Shown here piece by piece: positions 10,394 through 20,609 of a stretch of DNA of 64,000 nt. Under the pieces are notes generated by a model. The model had not been told where the DNA came from, did no database searches, and saw only the letters and a list, made by a program, of their open reading frames with translations. The stretch's first letter is position 1, and each line of letters opens with the position of its first letter. The position numbers and the translations under genes were made by a program. The DNA comes from Candidatus Nanopelagicales bacterium (GTDB lineage Bacteria > Actinomycetota > Actinomycetes > S36-B12 > UBA5976). The stretch spans positions 11,123 through 75,122 of the forward strand of contig JAGYJD010000005.1 in assembly GCA_018402365.1 (NCBI GenBank), given 5' to 3'.

Positions 10394-11179
10394 TTAGCGG
10401 GTCAACTGTCCCCAGCCAGGTCTCAACTGTAAGGGAAGACTCGAGGTTTGCTCAAGTTTCTCAGCTACCTGCAAAGGGGCATCGGCAAATTCTTCAATTT
10501 GCCAGTCCGCTTGCCAACTAGTACTTACTAAAACTCGATAGCTGCCAGATTTATTCCAAGTATGAAATACCGTCCAACCATCACCAGGATCTCTTGTGAC
10601 TATTTGTCGATCGCCAAAATTCCAAGTCCAAGTTGGGTAAGCGGTAAGAGTGACGCTAAAACCAGCGACGGGAACTTTAATTGGGCCGAACTTTCTGGGT
10701 TGATTGCTTGCAAAGTAAACGGGCAATTTAACCAAAGCTTGTTGACTGGGATTTGAAGTTGGATTTAATTTAGGCAAAAAAACTACGGCTTCTTCTTTGA
10801 TACTTTCGGTAATTACCTTTGGTGTGATGGGGCCCTTCGGACCAAGGCAGACTATCCCTACATCAGTCCAGTCTTCGTTTGGTGCTAATTGCCGCCAGAT
10901 TCGCATATTTATCCCTTTTCCAAAATCGTTTTCGCAACCTAAAATTGGAAGATCGCAACTTGCTATTTGTTGAAAGGGATTTTCTCTTTTACAGTAATTA
11001 CTAACTAACCAGCGACAATTTTTGCAAGTTGCCGCAACTCTTTTTGTGGTTTGGCTGCCTGTGAAGGTTTGATCTAAAAACATTTGACCCGATACCCGAT
11101 AGCCATCAATTTGAGAGTCAGCTACCACGCTGGTATTGCTAGGGATTAAAAGCAAAGCGGTTACGAAGAAATCAAGCAC
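10394..11179 (-). CDS. hypothetical exported Cys-containing protein with PKD-like C-terminal domain
   Basis: Hydrophobic N-terminus, several Cys, and WTWNFGD ... HTWNKSGSYRV. Confidence 0.6.
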   Translation of the reverse strand: MLDFFVTALLLIPSNTSVVADSQIDGYRVSGQMFLDQTFTGSQTTKRVAATCKNCRWLVSNYCKRENPFQQIASCDLPILGCENDFGKGINMRIWRQLAPNEDWTDVGIVCLGPKGPITPKVITESIKEEAVVFLPKLNPTSNPSQQALVKLPVYFASNQPRKFGPIKVPVAGFSVTLTAYPTWTWNFGDRQIVTRDPGDGWTVFHTWNKSGSYRVLVSTSWQADWQIEEFADAPLQVAEKLEQTSSLPLQLRPGWGQLTR

Positions 11180-11218
11180 ATGCCTTAGAGAGCAAAAATC
11201 AGTTTTAGGTTTCTTAAA

Positions 11219-12361
11219 TTATATTTTGTTGCGTAATTCGATTACAGCTTTTTCTAAAATATTCGAAACTTGTTCAAATTCTAATAAAAATCCATCATGG
11301 CCGAATTCACTTTTTATTACCTCTAAAGATTGAGCGGTGGGTATCAAGTGCACCAATTCATGTTGCTGGCGTAGCGGGTAAAGCCGGTCGGTATCTACTC
11401 CTGCGATCACAAAGTTAGCTTTGATACCCGAAAGCGCTTGCGCAATCCCCCCACGATTCTTACCAACATCAAAAGTGCTCATCGCGTCGGTTAACACTAT
11501 GTAACTATTAGCATCAAATCTTCTAGCTAATTTGTTAGCGTGATGTGCTAAATAAGATTCCACTGCAAATAAACTCTCGCCTTCACTCTGCGTGCGGCGT
11601 CCAAAGCGAGAATCTAGTTCTGCTTCTGATCGGTAAGTTAAGTGAGCAAATTTTCTAGCGAGACCTAAGCCCACATGAGGCCCTGCCCCTGGTGCTTTGT
11701 GGTAGTAATCCCCATTATTCCAATTTAAATCTGATTGAATGGCGTCAATTTGTGCTGATTGGGTAGCAATTTGATCGGCACTAGCGGCGGCACTAGTTGC
11801 GATCACAAATCCGGTATCTAAACTCTCGCTAAATTCGACTGCCCACTCTAAAACTCTCATTCCGCCCATAGATCCGCCCATGATCATGGCAAATTTTTCA
11901 ATTTCTAAATACTCAGCTAATAGTTTTTCTAATCGAACTTGATCGTTGATAGTAATTCGCGGAAACCTACTGCCCCAAGGCTTTTTATCTGGTGCCAAAC
12001 TCGCCGGCCCGGTAGTGCCCTGGCAGCCTCCCAGCACATTGGCGCAAACCACAAACCATTCTTTAGGGTCAATCGCTTTACCTTCGCCAATTAAGCCATC
12101 CCACCAGCCTGGCGTTAAGTGTCCCGCTTCAATTTCTCCAGAAACGTGTGAATCCCCCGTCAAAGCGTGAGCCACATAAATTGCATTTGATTTATTTCCA
12201 TTCGCCTCGCCCCATGTTTCATAGGCAACAGTTACCTCTTGAAAGATGAATCCGTTTTCTAATTCAAAGTTTTCAAAACGAGCGAATTTTCTTTTACCTA
12301 TCTCATCCCCCTCCCGCCAGGCGCCGCTGGCAGGAGGTGGGGACGAATAATCAATCGGCAT
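11219..12361 (-). CDS. metX: homoserine O-acetyltransferase
   Basis: HALTGD, GGSMGG, DRLYP and GHDGFL motifs. Confidence 0.93.
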   Translation of the reverse strand: MPIDYSSPPPASGAWREGDEIGKRKFARFENFELENGFIFQEVTVAYETWGEANGNKSNAIYVAHALTGDSHVSGEIEAGHLTPGWWDGLIGEGKAIDPKEWFVVCANVLGGCQGTTGPASLAPDKKPWGSRFPRITINDQVRLEKLLAEYLEIEKFAMIMGGSMGGMRVLEWAVEFSESLDTGFVIATSAAASADQIATQSAQIDAIQSDLNWNNGDYYHKAPGAGPHVGLGLARKFAHLTYRSEAELDSRFGRRTQSEGESLFAVESYLAHHANKLARRFDANSYIVLTDAMSTFDVGKNRGGIAQALSGIKANFVIAGVDTDRLYPLRQQHELVHLIPTAQSLEVIKSEFGHDGFLLEFEQVSNILEKAVIELRNKI

Positions 12362-12367
12362 CTTGAA

Positions 12368-13663
12368 TTAGGCGCCCTTCGCGGCTCTAAAACCGGTTTC
12401 TAAATCGGCCAAGATGTCGTTAATGTTTTCTAAGCCAACCGCTAAGCGAACTAAACCAGGAGTTACCCCAGCTGTTAGTTGCTCTTCGGGTGTTAGTTGT
12501 GAGTGAGTGGTCGAGGCAGGATGAATTACCAATGAACGCACATCACCAATGTTGGCAACGTGAGAGTGTAATTCAAGTGCATCTACAAACTTTTGACCAG
12601 CTTCGACTCCACCTTTAATTTCAAAAGATAGAACCGCACCGGTACCTAGTGGTGCATATTTCTTACCCAAGGCATGCCACTTGCTATCTGGCAAACCTGC
12701 GTAATGAACCTCTGACACCTCATCGCGAGTGGTAAGCCATTGCGCAACCGCTTTAGTGTTTTCAATGTGGCGCTCAATTCGCAAAGATAAGGTTTCTAAA
12801 CCTTGCGCAATCAAGAAAGCATTGAAGGGTGAAACCGCTGCACCTAAGTCGCGCAAAAGTACAATTCTGGCGCGCAAGATAAAAGCTAATTCCCCTAAAG
12901 CTTCGGCATAGACCAAACCGTGATACGAGGGATCAGGAGTGTTGTATTGCGGGAATTTCTTTGGATCTTTAGCCCAATCAAATTTTCCGCTATCTACAAT
13001 TACTCCGGCAATTGCGGTGCCATGGCCACCGATGTATTTAGTTGCCGAGTGCACCACGATGTCAGCTCCGTGTTCAAAGGGGCGAATCAAATACGGGGTA
13101 GCGACAGTGTTATCGATAATCAATGGCACACCAGCAGCATGTGCTACTTCGGCAACCGCTGAAATATCCAAGATTTCATTTTTTGGATTTGCAATGCTTT
13201 CCCCATAAAGAGCCTTAGTGTTTGGGCGAATCGCCTTCTTCCAAGAGGCTGGGTCTCCGGGATCATCCACAAAAGAAACTTCGATGCCGTACTTAGGCAA
13301 GGTGTGATGAAACAGATTGTAAGTTCCGCCATACAAAGCTGGGGATGAAACAATGTGATCACCTGCTTCTGCCAAGTTCAAAATCGCATATGTTTCAGCA
13401 GCTTGTCCTGACGCTAACAACAAAGCCCCGACTCCACCTTCAAGTGAAGCAATTCGCTCTTCCACCGCACTTTGAGTTGGATTCATTATTCGGGTGTAAA
13501 TGTTGCCTGGTTCTGCTAACGAAAACAGATCAGCCGCATGCTTGGTATCACGAAATGTGTACGAAGTTGTTTGATAAATAGGTAAAGCTCTGGCATTTGT
13601 TTGTGAATCTGGCGATTGTCCGACATGAATTTGTCGGGTTTCAAAACTCCAACCTTGACTCAT
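12368..13663 (-). CDS. metY: O-acetylhomoserine sulfhydrylase
   Basis: PIYQTTSY, YTRIMNPT, HSATKYIGGHG and HPASTTH motifs. Start ATG 13663 with RBS AAGGA. Confidence 0.93.
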   Translation of the reverse strand: MSQGWSFETRQIHVGQSPDSQTNARALPIYQTTSYTFRDTKHAADLFSLAEPGNIYTRIMNPTQSAVEERIASLEGGVGALLLASGQAAETYAILNLAEAGDHIVSSPALYGGTYNLFHHTLPKYGIEVSFVDDPGDPASWKKAIRPNTKALYGESIANPKNEILDISAVAEVAHAAGVPLIIDNTVATPYLIRPFEHGADIVVHSATKYIGGHGTAIAGVIVDSGKFDWAKDPKKFPQYNTPDPSYHGLVYAEALGELAFILRARIVLLRDLGAAVSPFNAFLIAQGLETLSLRIERHIENTKAVAQWLTTRDEVSEVHYAGLPDSKWHALGKKYAPLGTGAVLSFEIKGGVEAGQKFVDALELHSHVANIGDVRSLVIHPASTTHSQLTPEEQLTAGVTPGLVRLAVGLENINDILADLETGFRAAKGA

Positions 13664-13828
13664 TTTATTTTCCTTTTCTTCTAAGTGCGGCAATCAGGCG
13701 AGTGCCGTCTTTGGACACCTGCGATGAATTTGAAATACCAAAAGTTACCCAAAATTGAGTGGAGTTTTTGATATTTATAAATACGTCGCCTCAGTGCCCC
13801 TTTTGCTGACGGGGCCTTGCCTGATGCA

Positions 13829-13937
13829 AGACCCGCGCTTGCTCGAATACTCGAGCCTGGTCTCATTCCGGAGCACCCCACCGCGGTGGAGGGTTGCCGC
13901 TCAGCTAGCCGGTGCTTGTCGCTGAGGCTCTTAACCT
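13829..13937 (-). ncRNA. SAM-IV riboswitch
   Basis: Minus strand reads GGUUAAGAGCCUCAGCGACAAGCACCGGCUAGCUGAGCGGCAACCCUCC...GGGGUGCUCCGG...GACCAGG...GCAAGCGCGG, matching the actinobacterial SAM-IV pattern. It lies upstream of metY. Confidence 0.9.
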
Positions 13938-13973
13938 TGAAGAGAAGATTACCCCAAAGAATGCGCTAGGGCA

Positions 13974-14975
13974 TCAGATGGGTCCGAAACAATCTGCGAA
14001 CTTCCAAGGCGGAAGCCCACTTTTTATAGCGCTCATCGTCAATAGCCCTAAGCGATAACTCGCATCGATATTTAAAGCTTGATTAACCGCCGCCTGAGCC
14101 CAGACCGACTCACCCAGCTGCCATAACCAGATCCCCAAAATAGTTAAGACCGCCTTGGCTTCAGCCTTGGGCGCGTTTTGAATTAAGGGCAGCAAACGGG
14201 TCTTTAGCGAATGAAGCAAATTCAAGGGTTCTTGCGAAATTTGAATTTCTCGCAGCACTTCGCTGATCAATTTATCTCGTAGTGAAATTTCTTTAGAGAT
14301 CAAAATAATTTCAGCTTGGGCTAGTTCATTCAAATCTTCACTCTGATTAAGTAAATTTACATAGCCTCGGTTATATAGATTTTCATTCCAATTTGAATTT
14401 TTTGCCCTATTTTTTGACTTTTCTAACTTTGCGATAGCTTTTACCAGTTTTGGGTTTTCTGGCTTAGAAATAAAATATTGCTCAATTTCTTCTTTGTTAG
14501 CTAAAGCAGATTTTCCTTGAGAAATTAATTGTAACTTCTCAAGTGAAGTATCTCTTGGTAGAGCAAAACCTTCGCTGGGACAACACTCGCCATCTTCACA
14601 GAGCAGCGATCCATACCGATCCCCCTCTACCCACAATGCTTCGCTAATTTCACAAATTTCATTTTGGGCTTTAAGTAACTCATTTATTGTTGGACGATAT
14701 TGCGGCCAATTACTTTCTGCGTAAAGAGCGGTCAGCACCCCATCGATACTTGAATTTTCTTTAGCTTTTCGCAAAGCTTCCATCGCATTTTCGACTAACT
14801 GCGCTTGCGCTATCTCTGCCAGATCTATTCGAATTGCTACTACTACCCGATTGTTTTTACTATTGAAGGCAACCAGCACCAGGCTGTTGAGCGGCATAAA
14901 GCCTAAGAGATACGGTATTGCGGCTAAAAGGCTAGCTGGGCCTTTTGGTTTTAGGATTGAATTTTGTGCGTTCAT
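13974..14975 (-). CDS. DUF4192 family protein
   Basis: LLAAIPYLLGF.P..SLV N-terminus, CEDGECCPSEG, and YRLG. Start ATG 14975. Confidence 0.8.
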   Translation of the reverse strand: MNAQNSILKPKGPASLLAAIPYLLGFMPLNSLVLVAFNSKNNRVVVAIRIDLAEIAQAQLVENAMEALRKAKENSSIDGVLTALYAESNWPQYRPTINELLKAQNEICEISEALWVEGDRYGSLLCEDGECCPSEGFALPRDTSLEKLQLISQGKSALANKEEIEQYFISKPENPKLVKAIAKLEKSKNRAKNSNWNENLYNRGYVNLLNQSEDLNELAQAEIILISKEISLRDKLISEVLREIQISQEPLNLLHSLKTRLLPLIQNAPKAEAKAVLTILGIWLWQLGESVWAQAAVNQALNIDASYRLGLLTMSAIKSGLPPWKFADCFGPI

Positions 14976-15025
14976 GCTTTCTAGAATGAAGCAAAGACGC
15001 AACTAGCAACAGAAAATTATTAAAC

Positions 15026-15053
15026 CTATGGATAACTTTGCGCTGTGTATAAC
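15026..15053 (-). promoter_or_regulatory. pair of DnaA-box-like sites
   Basis: TTATACACA and TTATCCATA on the minus strand, both in a G...G context, upstream of the DUF4192 gene. Confidence 0.5.
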
Positions 15054-15505
15054 TAGTCGACTAATTTAACGGATTTAATTGTGGCGTTCCAATTACCGCT
15101 GGGGGCCATCACTTCTACCACATCGCCCTTTTTGGCGCCCATCAAAGCTTTGCCAAGTGGTGAGTCCGATGCGATTCGCTCATCGTCTAAGTGTGCTTCA
15201 ACTGGATGAACTATCTTGACCTTAAATTTGTCGCTTTCGGTGTGCACGCTCACTGTGCAGCCCAAAGAGACAGTGCCATCAAAAGCTTCAACATCAATTT
15301 CGCCAGCCATCGCTATTACAGAGTCAAGCTCGTCAGCCTCTTCGGTGAGGCGGGTAAATTCTTGGACGATTCCTTCGTCACGATCTGTTTCGCCAATTAA
15401 GGGTTTGAAGCCTGGCAGAACTTCGTTTCGCAAGTGGTCAATTCTCACCTGCAACTCAGCCTTACCGGCTTTGGTTAGGACTAATTTATTTAAGTCGCCA
15501 GCCAT
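15053..15505 (-). CDS. GreA/GreB-family factor, divergent paralog
   Basis: LT..G..EL N-terminal coil and C-terminal I.SDSPLGKALMG.K.GD.V.V..P.G. RBS AAAGGAG before ATG 15505. Confidence 0.8.
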   Translation of the reverse strand: MAGDLNKLVLTKAGKAELQVRIDHLRNEVLPGFKPLIGETDRDEGIVQEFTRLTEEADELDSVIAMAGEIDVEAFDGTVSLGCTVSVHTESDKFKVKIVHPVEAHLDDERIASDSPLGKALMGAKKGDVVEVMAPSGNWNATIKSVKLVD

Positions 15506-15572
15506 CCGATTGCTCCTTTTAGTGGAACCCACATCTTAGCCGCGATAGCTTGCTAGCTCGCGATGACCTTCA

Positions 15573-16544
15573 TCACTTATTAATTTTCACTTGCCAATAG
15601 ATAACGCTCACTAATCCCAAAAGAACTTGCGGCAAGTAATAGATACTTCGCCAAATCAAGACGCTAGCGGTCGCGGCCGGCAAGGCTGCCCCGAAGCTAA
15701 TCAATAAAGCAAGAAGTAATCCATCGGTAGTACCGATGCCACCAGGAGTTAAAGGAACCAGCGTTACCAAGCGCGCGAAGGCGAAAGAGACCAAGATTTC
15801 AAAAAATCCAATTTCTTGATCAAGCGCAAATAGCACGATCGGCAAGGTAGAAAACATTGAAAACTGAATCCCTAAATGTGCACTGAGCACCAGTGGCCAT
15901 TTTTCTTTCAAAATTTCAAAAGTGGACTCTCTAAATTTTGTGAATGATATGCGCCTTGAACTTCTGAATAATTTCATAAACCAGGCAAATAAATTCTCAA
16001 TTTTTGCCCCAAAAAATTCGCTTCTCAAAATCAAAATAAAACCGCTAATCAAAACTATGAGCAGAACTGAAGCAATTACTGCCGGGACAAATAAACGCCC
16101 TGGCTCCTCCCCGGCTACCGCCAGTAAAACCAAAGAAAGCATTGGCATGCCTAAAGTCATCATCACATTAAAAACGCTATTAATAGAAATAGTAGCAGTG
16201 CTACTAACAGGGCTGATCCCAAAAGATCTCATGAAAACATAAATAACCGCTACCCCAATACTGCCCCCGGCTGGCAAAGTATTTGCGATCACAAATGCTG
16301 ACTGCCTAATCACAAAAGCTCGCAAATAGCTCAAAGCCTTTGTAGTTATTTTAAAAGGCAAGGGATAAAGCAAAACGTTAATGATTGCCACCATAACCAA
16401 AAGCGCTAAATATTGTGGCGCTAAACTCAACGCCAAGCGTCTAGTGTTTTGCCAATCCCCGTAATTCAAAAACCAATTTATTCCAAAAGCTAAAATTACA
16501 ATTGTCAAGGCAAAAGTTAAAAGTGTTTTACGTGTAACTTTCAA
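15573..16544 (-). CDS. YbhN / lysylphosphatidylglycerol synthase TM-domain (flippase-like) protein
   Basis: Multi-TM protein with NTLPAGG, PLTPGGIG and LIWR motifs. Confidence 0.8.
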   Translation of the reverse strand: MKVTRKTLLTFALTIVILAFGINWFLNYGDWQNTRRLALSLAPQYLALLVMVAIINVLLYPLPFKITTKALSYLRAFVIRQSAFVIANTLPAGGSIGVAVIYVFMRSFGISPVSSTATISINSVFNVMMTLGMPMLSLVLLAVAGEEPGRLFVPAVIASVLLIVLISGFILILRSEFFGAKIENLFAWFMKLFRSSRRISFTKFRESTFEILKEKWPLVLSAHLGIQFSMFSTLPIVLFALDQEIGFFEILVSFAFARLVTLVPLTPGGIGTTDGLLLALLISFGAALPAATASVLIWRSIYYLPQVLLGLVSVIYWQVKINK

Positions 16545-18457
16545 CTCAAGTTCTCGATTTCTTCTTTAAGTCGCGCTAAAGAGCTTCTTGCTTCTTTAGG
16601 GTCAGTAGTAAGCCAAAACGGTGGCAAGCTCTTTAATAACCTTTTAGAGTAATTAGAATTTACAAGTCGCGGATCCAGCACCGCAACCATGCCTTTGTCT
16701 TCATTACTTCTAATTAATCTGCCTACCCCTTGCGCTAAAAGCAGTGCGGCTTTTGGCAAAGCCACTGAAGCAAACCCACTTTTACCTTGCGAATCTGCCA
16801 AGGCGCTTCTTCCTGAAATAATTGGATCATCCGGCCGCGGAAACGGAATTTTGTCAATCACAACCAAGCTGGCACTACTGCCCGGAATATCTACCCCTTG
16901 CCAAAGGCCAATGGTTCCCAATAAGACACTGGTTTCATCGTGTAAAAATTCTTCAATTAAAAAACTTACCGGCTCACCTTTTTTAGCAACTAATAGATTT
17001 AAATCTAAATCCGCTAAAGCCGCTTCAGTTTGAGTAACCGCCCGCCAGCTGCTCATTAAAAGTAAAGCTCTGCCTCCCATTGCTTCAACCAGCTCACGCA
17101 TCTCCGTTAAGGCTGCCTGACTTAACCCATCACGACTTGGGGCTGGCAAATCTTTTGCCACATACAAGATGCCTTGTTTTTGAAAGTCAAATGGGCTACC
17201 AACATCCAACGTCGTAACATCGCTTTCGCCCAAACCCAAATTATGAGTGAGTGAATCAAAGTTTTCGCCCACCTTTAAAGTTGCACTGGTCAAAACCACA
17301 GGTTTTTTATCAAAAAGATTTTCTTTCAAGATCCCCGCCACACTAAGCGGAGCCAAATTTAATATTTGACGTCTACTCTCATCTATCCACAGCACGCTGT
17401 ATTCATCAAACTGCAGCATCGCAGCCACCGCTTGAAATACTTCATCTAATTCACCTCGCGCTCTTTGGTAAAAAGAGTTTTCCTCTAGCTCACTGGCGTC
17501 AGGTTTGTTCTTACGCATCTCACCAATTGCGTTATTTAAGGCATCACGGACTCTGGCTAATCCCCCCGCTAAAGCGTTGCTGATCTCTACGATTCGCCCT
17601 GGTTGAGTTTCATCCAAAATCAAAGCTATAGCTTCAGCCGCATCATCTATCTCTTGCAAATCTTCTAATTCTATAAATCTTTTAGCGCCATTAGCGCAGC
17701 GTTGGATTATCGCTGGGCTGATTTGCTTACTCACGGCCCCAGTAGCACGATCGATTAACTCATGACCTTCGTCAATAATCACCGCAACATGGTCAGGCAA
17801 AACCGGCAAACCTTCAATGGCATCGATCGCTAACAGGGCGTGATTGGTAATGATTAAATCTGAACTGCGGGCGTTTTCTTTGGCAATTTCACTAAAGCAA
17901 TCTTCGGAAAAAGAACATTTTTGAGCTCCAATACATTCTCTTCCGGTAACCGAAACTCCGCGCCATAATCGTTGATCTATTCCTTCTGGTAAGTCATCTC
18001 GATCCCCAGTAGTTGTCTCTGAAATCCATTTATTTAATTTTTTTGCTTGTTGAGCCAAATTTGAAATTGGTGCTTCAAATAAACCATCGGGCTCATCCTC
18101 TGGGCCGCTGCTCACTTTGTCTAGGCAAACATAGTGATTTCTGCCTTTTAAAATTGCCCATGAAATGTCTCTGCCCAAAACTTTAGAAACTTCATTCTTG
18201 ATTGCCGGTAAATCACGATTCAAAATTTGTCGCTGCAGGGCCAAAGTAGCAGTTGCAATGACCACACTTTCACCTAAAGCTAATGCTGGAGCTAAGTAGG
18301 CAAGAGACTTGCCAGTGCCAGTGCCTGCTTGCACCAGTAAGTGTTTGTGCTCTTTGATGGCCTTTTCAACTGCTTCACTCATCAAAGCTTGACCTTCCCG
18401 CGGAGTCCCACCCACGGCTTGCACCGCAGCCGCTAAAACTTCTTTGGTCCCGCTCAT
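16541..18457 (-). CDS. dinG: DinG-family ATP-dependent helicase
   Basis: QAGTGTGKS, KGRNHYVC, DEGH, TSAT and QGVGRLIR motifs. Confidence 0.92.
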   Translation of the reverse strand: MSGTKEVLAAAVQAVGGTPREGQALMSEAVEKAIKEHKHLLVQAGTGTGKSLAYLAPALALGESVVIATATLALQRQILNRDLPAIKNEVSKVLGRDISWAILKGRNHYVCLDKVSSGPEDEPDGLFEAPISNLAQQAKKLNKWISETTTGDRDDLPEGIDQRLWRGVSVTGRECIGAQKCSFSEDCFSEIAKENARSSDLIITNHALLAIDAIEGLPVLPDHVAVIIDEGHELIDRATGAVSKQISPAIIQRCANGAKRFIELEDLQEIDDAAEAIALILDETQPGRIVEISNALAGGLARVRDALNNAIGEMRKNKPDASELEENSFYQRARGELDEVFQAVAAMLQFDEYSVLWIDESRRQILNLAPLSVAGILKENLFDKKPVVLTSATLKVGENFDSLTHNLGLGESDVTTLDVGSPFDFQKQGILYVAKDLPAPSRDGLSQAALTEMRELVEAMGGRALLLMSSWRAVTQTEAALADLDLNLLVAKKGEPVSFLIEEFLHDETSVLLGTIGLWQGVDIPGSSASLVVIDKIPFPRPDDPIISGRSALADSQGKSGFASVALPKAALLLAQGVGRLIRSNEDKGMVAVLDPRLVNSNYSKRLLKSLPPFWLTTDPKEARSSLARLKEEIENLS

Positions 18458-19824
18458 ACTTTGGCCAGATTAAGTTGATGAGCTAGCTCTGCCGGCACTA
18501 AAGCTTCAACTTCCATGCCAACTTCTAAATTATTTAAAGACTTTAGTTTTCCTTCATTATGAATTTTGGCTAATAAATCACCTCTGGCATAAGGGATCAC
18601 TCCAAAAAATTCAATCGTGGGCTCAGGCAGATTACTTTCAATCACTTGCCAAAGGTTTTCAAATCCTTCTCCACTGTGAGCTGAAACAAAAATTGCCCCA
18701 AAAAATTCATGTTCTAAATCTTCTCGTTGCTCTTTGCTAAGTAAATCAATTTTGTTAAGCACTAAAATTTCACGGATATTATCAGCCCCGATTTCACTTA
18801 AGACTTCTCTGACTGCTAAATATTGACCCCGCGGGTCGGTATCTGAGGCATCCACCAAGTGCAAAATCACATCTGCGTCACTAACTTCTTCTAAAGTACT
18901 TCGAAAGGCATCAACTAATTGGTGGGGCAAATGTCTGACAAATCCCACCGTGTCACTAATTGTCACCTCTCTTCCGCTGGGCGCCTGCGCCTTTCTTACG
19001 GTGGTATCCAAAGTGGCAAATAAAGCATCTTCTACCAAAACATGACTGCCAGTAATGCGGTTTAACAAACTTGATTTACCAGCATTGGTATAGCCAGCAA
19101 TCGCCACTGCGGGGGTATTGCTTTTTCTTCGCACTGCTCTTTGGGTATCGCGGGTTCGGGCCATCTCTTTTATTTCTCGCCTTAACTTAACCATCGAGTC
19201 TCTAATTCTTCGACGATCTGTTTCGAGTTTGGTTTCACCTGGGCCGCGGGTTCCAATACCCACGCTGCCGCCACTGGCAGCTTGCCGACTTAGTGCATCA
19301 CCCCAACCTCTAAGCCGAGGCAACATATATTGCATTTGTGCCAGTGAGACTTGGGCTTTACCGTCTCGACTTTTTGCATGCTGCGCAAAAATATCCAAAA
19401 TTAACCAAGTTCGATCGATTACTTTTACCTTTACTGTGTCTTCTAAATGTCTTAACTGGCCCGGGGAGAGTTCACCATCGAAAATAACTGTGTCTGCTTG
19501 CGTCTCGGCTACAATTTTTTTTAACTCTAAAGCTTTTCCTGAGCCAATGTAAGTGGCAGTATCTGGAACATCTCTTCTCTGAATTACCCCTGAAAGCACA
19601 ATTGAGCCTGCTGTTTCAGCTAGCCGCGCCAACTCTTCTAAAGATCTTGTGGCTTCTTGCCAACTGCCGCTAATCCAGACCCCTGCTAAAACCACTTTTT
19701 CGATTCGAAGTTTTCGATATTCAACTTCACTAATTTCTTCTAATTCGGTAGAAAGACTTGGGACTCGGCGTAACGCCGCCCGATCGGCTACCTCAAAATC
19801 AGAGAGTGAAAAGGGTTCACTCAT
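18454..19824 (-). CDS. hflX: GTPase HflX
   Basis: RGPGETKLE, GYTNAGKS, DTVGF and NKID motifs. Confidence 0.96.
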   Translation of the reverse strand: MSEPFSLSDFEVADRAALRRVPSLSTELEEISEVEYRKLRIEKVVLAGVWISGSWQEATRSLEELARLAETAGSIVLSGVIQRRDVPDTATYIGSGKALELKKIVAETQADTVIFDGELSPGQLRHLEDTVKVKVIDRTWLILDIFAQHAKSRDGKAQVSLAQMQYMLPRLRGWGDALSRQAASGGSVGIGTRGPGETKLETDRRRIRDSMVKLRREIKEMARTRDTQRAVRRKSNTPAVAIAGYTNAGKSSLLNRITGSHVLVEDALFATLDTTVRKAQAPSGREVTISDTVGFVRHLPHQLVDAFRSTLEEVSDADVILHLVDASDTDPRGQYLAVREVLSEIGADNIREILVLNKIDLLSKEQREDLEHEFFGAIFVSAHSGEGFENLWQVIESNLPEPTIEFFGVIPYARGDLLAKIHNEGKLKSLNNLEVGMEVEALVPAELAHQLNLAKV

Positions 19825-20609
19825 TAAATGTTCAAAATTCCGCTGGCCACAAATTCCACCGGACCTGTCATAAGAATCTCATCTTCGACAAATTCAATTT
19901 TTAAACTGCCCCCCGCAACATTAACGGTAATTTCATCCTCGCCAGTTTGGCTTCTAATTATCGCCGCCACCGCGCAAGCCCCAGTACCGCAAGAGAGTGT
20001 CTCACCACTCCCACGTTCATAAACTCTAATCTTGACTTCTTTATCTGAAATTTTTTCAGCAAATTCTATGTTCACACCATCTTCGAATAAACCTGTAGTT
20101 GTCAAATTTGGAGCGACTGTGAAATCTTTTACTTTAGCTAAGTCAGCTACCATCACAACCGCATGCGGATTAGGTGCGGTAACAGCTTGAGCTGAATAGG
20201 CGAAGCCATGGTGTTCTATCGAAACTTCTTGATTTAAAATCTCAACTTTAGGCATCGAAACCGTGACAGAGTTTTCGCTGTTAATAATGGCTTTTACTAC
20301 TCCGGCGCGAGTTCTAAATTCAAAAGTTGATTCTTTGATCAATCCCTTTTTGTAAAGGTAGGCAGCAAATACTCTGGCGCCGTTTCCACACATCAAAGCT
20401 AAAGAACCATCTGAATTTCGGTAATCCATTAAGTACAAACCATCAGCTTGTAAAACTATTCGCAGGATTCCATCCGCACCAAGGCCAAAATGGCGATCGC
20501 AGATTTTTTTTACCTGGGCTTGATCTAAAACGATCTCACCGTCAATATCCTCAATTAAAATAAAGTCATTACCGGTGCCATGGGCTTTTTCAAATTTAAT
20601 TTGGTTCAT
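19824..20609 (-). CDS. dapF: diaminopimelate epimerase
   Basis: HGTGNDF, MCGNG and ERGSGETLSCGTG motifs. Confidence 0.96.
   Translation of the reverse strand: MNQIKFEKAHGTGNDFILIEDIDGEIVLDQAQVKKICDRHFGLGADGILRIVLQADGLYLMDYRNSDGSLALMCGNGARVFAAYLYKKGLIKESTFEFRTRAGVVKAIINSENSVTVSMPKVEILNQEVSIEHHGFAYSAQAVTAPNPHAVVMVADLAKVKDFTVAPNLTTTGLFEDGVNIEFAEKISDKEVKIRVYERGSGETLSCGTGACAVAAIIRSQTGEDEITVNVAGGSLKIEFVEDEILMTGPVEFVASGILNI

Noticed and set aside
13681..13881. 66-aa ORF upstream of metY
   Set aside because: Starts inside the SAM-IV aptamer and has no RBS or recognisable features.
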